From contig JBOGFX010000081.1 in assembly GCA_050743805.1 (NCBI GenBank), positions 1 to 39,738 on the forward strand: DNA of 39,738 bases, in the 5' to 3' direction. Both the position numbers and the translations under genes were made by a program. This DNA is from Acidimicrobiales bacterium (GTDB lineage: Bacteria > Actinomycetota > Acidimicrobiia > Acidimicrobiales > RAAP-2). Below are positions 37,713 through 39,738 of this stretch, piece by piece (the stretch's first letter is position 1; every line of letters begins with the position of its first letter). The notes below the pieces were generated by a model. The model did not search any database, had not been told where the DNA came from, and worked only from the letters and a program-made list of their open reading frames with translations.

Positions 37713-38876
37713 TTGGCAAACCCGTGGTTCGAGACCGTCGCCATCGCTCAGCAGCGGGCGAAGCGCCGACTTCCCGCCTCGGTGTACGGCGCCATCATTG
37801 CCGGCACCGAACGCGGGCTGACCGCCCGGGACAACACGGCCGCCTTCGATGAGCTCGCCTTCCTCCCGCACGTGGCCGACCTCCCGCAGCGCCGCGAGCT
37901 GGCGACGACCGTGCTCGGAGAACAGATCGCCCTACCCGTAGTTCTGTCTCCCACCGGTGTCCAGGCGGTGCACCCAGCCGGCGAGGTCGCCGTCGCCCGG
38001 GCCGCGGCGGCCCGAGGGACCGCCGTCGCTCTGAGCTGCTTCGGCTCCAAACCCGTGGAGGAGGTTGCCGCTGCGAACTCAAAGGTGTTCTTCCAGACGT
38101 ACTGGTCCGGGACACGCGAGGAGATGGTCGACCGCCTCGCCAGGGCCAAGACAGCTGGAGCGCGCTGTCTCATCGCAACCGTCGACTGGTCCTTCTCGCA
38201 CGGACGCGACTGGGGCAGCCCGGTCATCCCCGAGAAGCTCGACCTCGCGACGATTGCGCGCTTCGCCCCACATGCGTTGGCGCGGCCACGCTGGCTGATG
38301 TCCTACCTGCGCACCGGGCACCTCCCCAACCTGAAGGTGCCGAACATGGCTCGGGCGGACGGCACGGTTCCCAGCTTCTTCAGCGCCTACCGGGAGTGGA
38401 TGGCTACACCAAAGCCCACCTGGGAGGACATCTCCTGGTTGCGCGCCCAGTGGGAAGGGCCGTTCCTGCTAAAAGGGGTGGCCCGCATGGACGACGCCAA
38501 GCGTGCCGTCGACGCCGGGGTGAGCGCGATCTCGGTGTCCAACCACGGGGGTAACAACCTCGACGGCACCCCGGCCGCCATCCGCCTCTTGCCAACGATC
38601 GCGGCCGCCGTGGGATCAGACGTCGAGGTACTGCTCGACGGCGGGGTGCGGCGCGGCAGCGACGTGGTCAAGGCGCTCGCCCTGGGGGCCCGAGCGGTGA
38701 TGATCGGCAGGGCCTATCTGTGGGGCCTGGCCGCCAACGGCCAGGCCGGTGTCGAGAACGTCCTCGACATCCTTTCGAGCGGGATGGACTCGACCCTCCT
38801 AGGACTGGGTCGTGCCTCTGTGCATGAGCTCACGCGGTCCGATGTGGCGGTTGCGGTTGACTTCACGCGCTTCTGA
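37713..38876 (+). CDS. mftD: pre-mycofactocin synthase (FMN-dependent alpha-hydroxy-acid dehydrogenase family)
   Basis: ANPWFETVAIAQQRAKRRLPASVYGAIIAGTERGLTARDN...SNHGGNNLDG matches MftD/LldD-like proteins. TTG 37713 is preceded by a GAGGGGG Shine-Dalgarno 5 nt upstream. The ORF-track start 37611 adds a non-conserved extension. Confidence 0.9.
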   Translation: MANPWFETVAIAQQRAKRRLPASVYGAIIAGTERGLTARDNTAAFDELAFLPHVADLPQRRELATTVLGEQIALPVVLSPTGVQAVHPAGEVAVARAAAARGTAVALSCFGSKPVEEVAAANSKVFFQTYWSGTREEMVDRLARAKTAGARCLIATVDWSFSHGRDWGSPVIPEKLDLATIARFAPHALARPRWLMSYLRTGHLPNLKVPNMARADGTVPSFFSAYREWMATPKPTWEDISWLRAQWEGPFLLKGVARMDDAKRAVDAGVSAISVSNHGGNNLDGTPAAIRLLPTIAAAVGSDVEVLLDGGVRRGSDVVKALALGARAVMIGRAYLWGLAANGQAGVENVLDILSSGMDSTLLGLGRASVHELTRSDVAVAVDFTRF

Positions 38877-38896
38877 GGACTTCACACGCTTCTGAG
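38859..38896. repeat. 19-nt tandem duplication spanning the mftD stop codon
   Basis: GACTTCACGCGCTTCTGAG / GACTTCACACGCTTCTGAG, with one mismatch, read directly. Confidence 0.9.
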
Positions 38897-38934
38897 ACCG
38901 CAATGGCACGCTGTGATGCGTCCCCCGCCGGGAG

Positions 38935-39738
38935 TCAGACCCCGGCGAGCTTCAAAACTCCGCGCACGTTGCGCCCGGCCTCCAGATCGTCGTAACCCTG
39001 CTGGAGCTGCCCGAGGGGGTACTCGCGGGTGATCAGCTCGTCTATCTCGAGCTGGCCCGACGCATACAACCCGAGCAACCTGGGGATCTGAACCCGCGGG
39101 CTAACGGAGCCAAAGACGGTTCCGAGAAGCGACTGGTTGTACATCGCGAAGTTGAACAGGTTCAGCTTCACGTCGTTGTGGGTCATGGGCGCGACCGCCG
39201 TGCAGACGATCCGGGCGTCCTTGGAGCCCAGGGCACAGGCCGCGGCGATCAGCTCACCGTGCAGGACGCCTGGCGTGAGCACCACCACGTCGGCCATCCT
39301 GCCATCGGTGACCTCGGTCACCAAAAGGACAGCGTCCTGAGCGGACGACGCGGCGTGCGTCGCGCCGATCTTCTTGGCCTGGTCGGTCTTGAACGAAAGC
39401 GGGTCCACCGCGATCACCGCCTTCGCGCCCAGGAGCCGGGCTGCTTGGAGCGCGCCGGAGCCGACACCCCCACAACCGATCACGACCACCACCTCGCCCG
39501 GCCGGGCCTTGGCACGCTCTGCCACCGAGCCGAAGCCGGTCGCGACACCACAACTGATGAGGGCCGCGGCCCTGAGAGGGGCGTCGGGGGCCAGCTTCAC
39601 GACGGAGGCCTCGTTGACCACCATAATCTCGGAGAACGTCCCCAGCTGGGTCATCCGGCCCAAGGGCGTGTCGCCGAGGTGGTGCCGCCAAGATCCATCG
39701 CTGATCATGGGACCAGCGAGCGTGTAGAGGCCGTAGTC
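38935..39738 (-). CDS. zinc-type MDR alcohol dehydrogenase, nicotinoprotein (NDMA-dependent-like) type; N-terminus lies beyond the right window edge
   Basis: The Rossmann region is VVVIGCGGVGSGALQAARLLGA and the C-terminus is GYDDLEAGRNVRGVLKL. The frame stays open upstream of the ORF-track Met to the window end (DYGLYTLAGPMISDG...). Confidence 0.85.
   Translation of the reverse strand, partial: DYGLYTLAGPMISDGSWRHHLGDTPLGRMTQLGTFSEIMVVNEASVVKLAPDAPLRAAALISCGVATGFGSVAERAKARPGEVVVVIGCGGVGSGALQAARLLGAKAVIAVDPLSFKTDQAKKIGATHAASSAQDAVLLVTEVTDGRMADVVVLTPGVLHGELIAAACALGSKDARIVCTAVAPMTHNDVKLNLFNFAMYNQSLLGTVFGSVSPRVQIPRLLGLYASGQLEIDELITREYPLGQLQQGYDDLEAGRNVRGVLKLAGV

Overview
GC-rich, actinobacterial-type chromosomal segment, densely coding, with many 4-nt GTGA/ATGA start/stop overlaps. 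About the left two thirds is housekeeping: ilvN'-ilvB (with a leader-peptide attenuator), ilvD, an alpha/beta hydrolase coupled to gatC-gatA-gatB, an SCP2-like protein, an Rv2466c-like DsbA-fold protein, a PASTA Ser/Thr kinase, ligA, mnmA, a NifS/IscS-type cysteine desulfurase, an aldehyde dehydrogenase, a cold-shock protein, ileS (with a T-box-like leader), a HAD phosphatase, glutathione peroxidase and a quinone oxidoreductase. The right third is accessory: an SDR, a DrrABC/NodIJ-like ABC-2 exporter (ATPase plus two permeases), an NCS1 nucleobase-type permease convergent with a phosphoribosyltransferase, a truncated vapC (PIN) relic, and a complete but rearranged mycofactocin cluster (mftA-mftB-mftC-mftE-SDR on the minus strand, mftF-mftD divergent on the plus strand). 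A nicotinoprotein-type alcohol dehydrogenase runs off the right edge. No rRNA, tRNA, CRISPR array or intact mobile element was seen. I found no convincing wholly new protein system; mycofactocin is a known system and only its layout here is unusual. The least explained parts are noncoding. They are a 713-nt gene-free, hairpin-rich stretch (24863-25575), a 550-nt repeat- and palindrome-laden spacer upstream of the NCS1 permease (29929-30490), and a G-free (CAACAAC)n leader in front of the csp gene. Also unexplained are an uncharacterised HTH plus Cys-rich two-gene cassette (18015-18745) and small tandem duplications at convergent gene ends. All calls come from reading the sequence and ORF translations by eye; no searches or folding programs were run.
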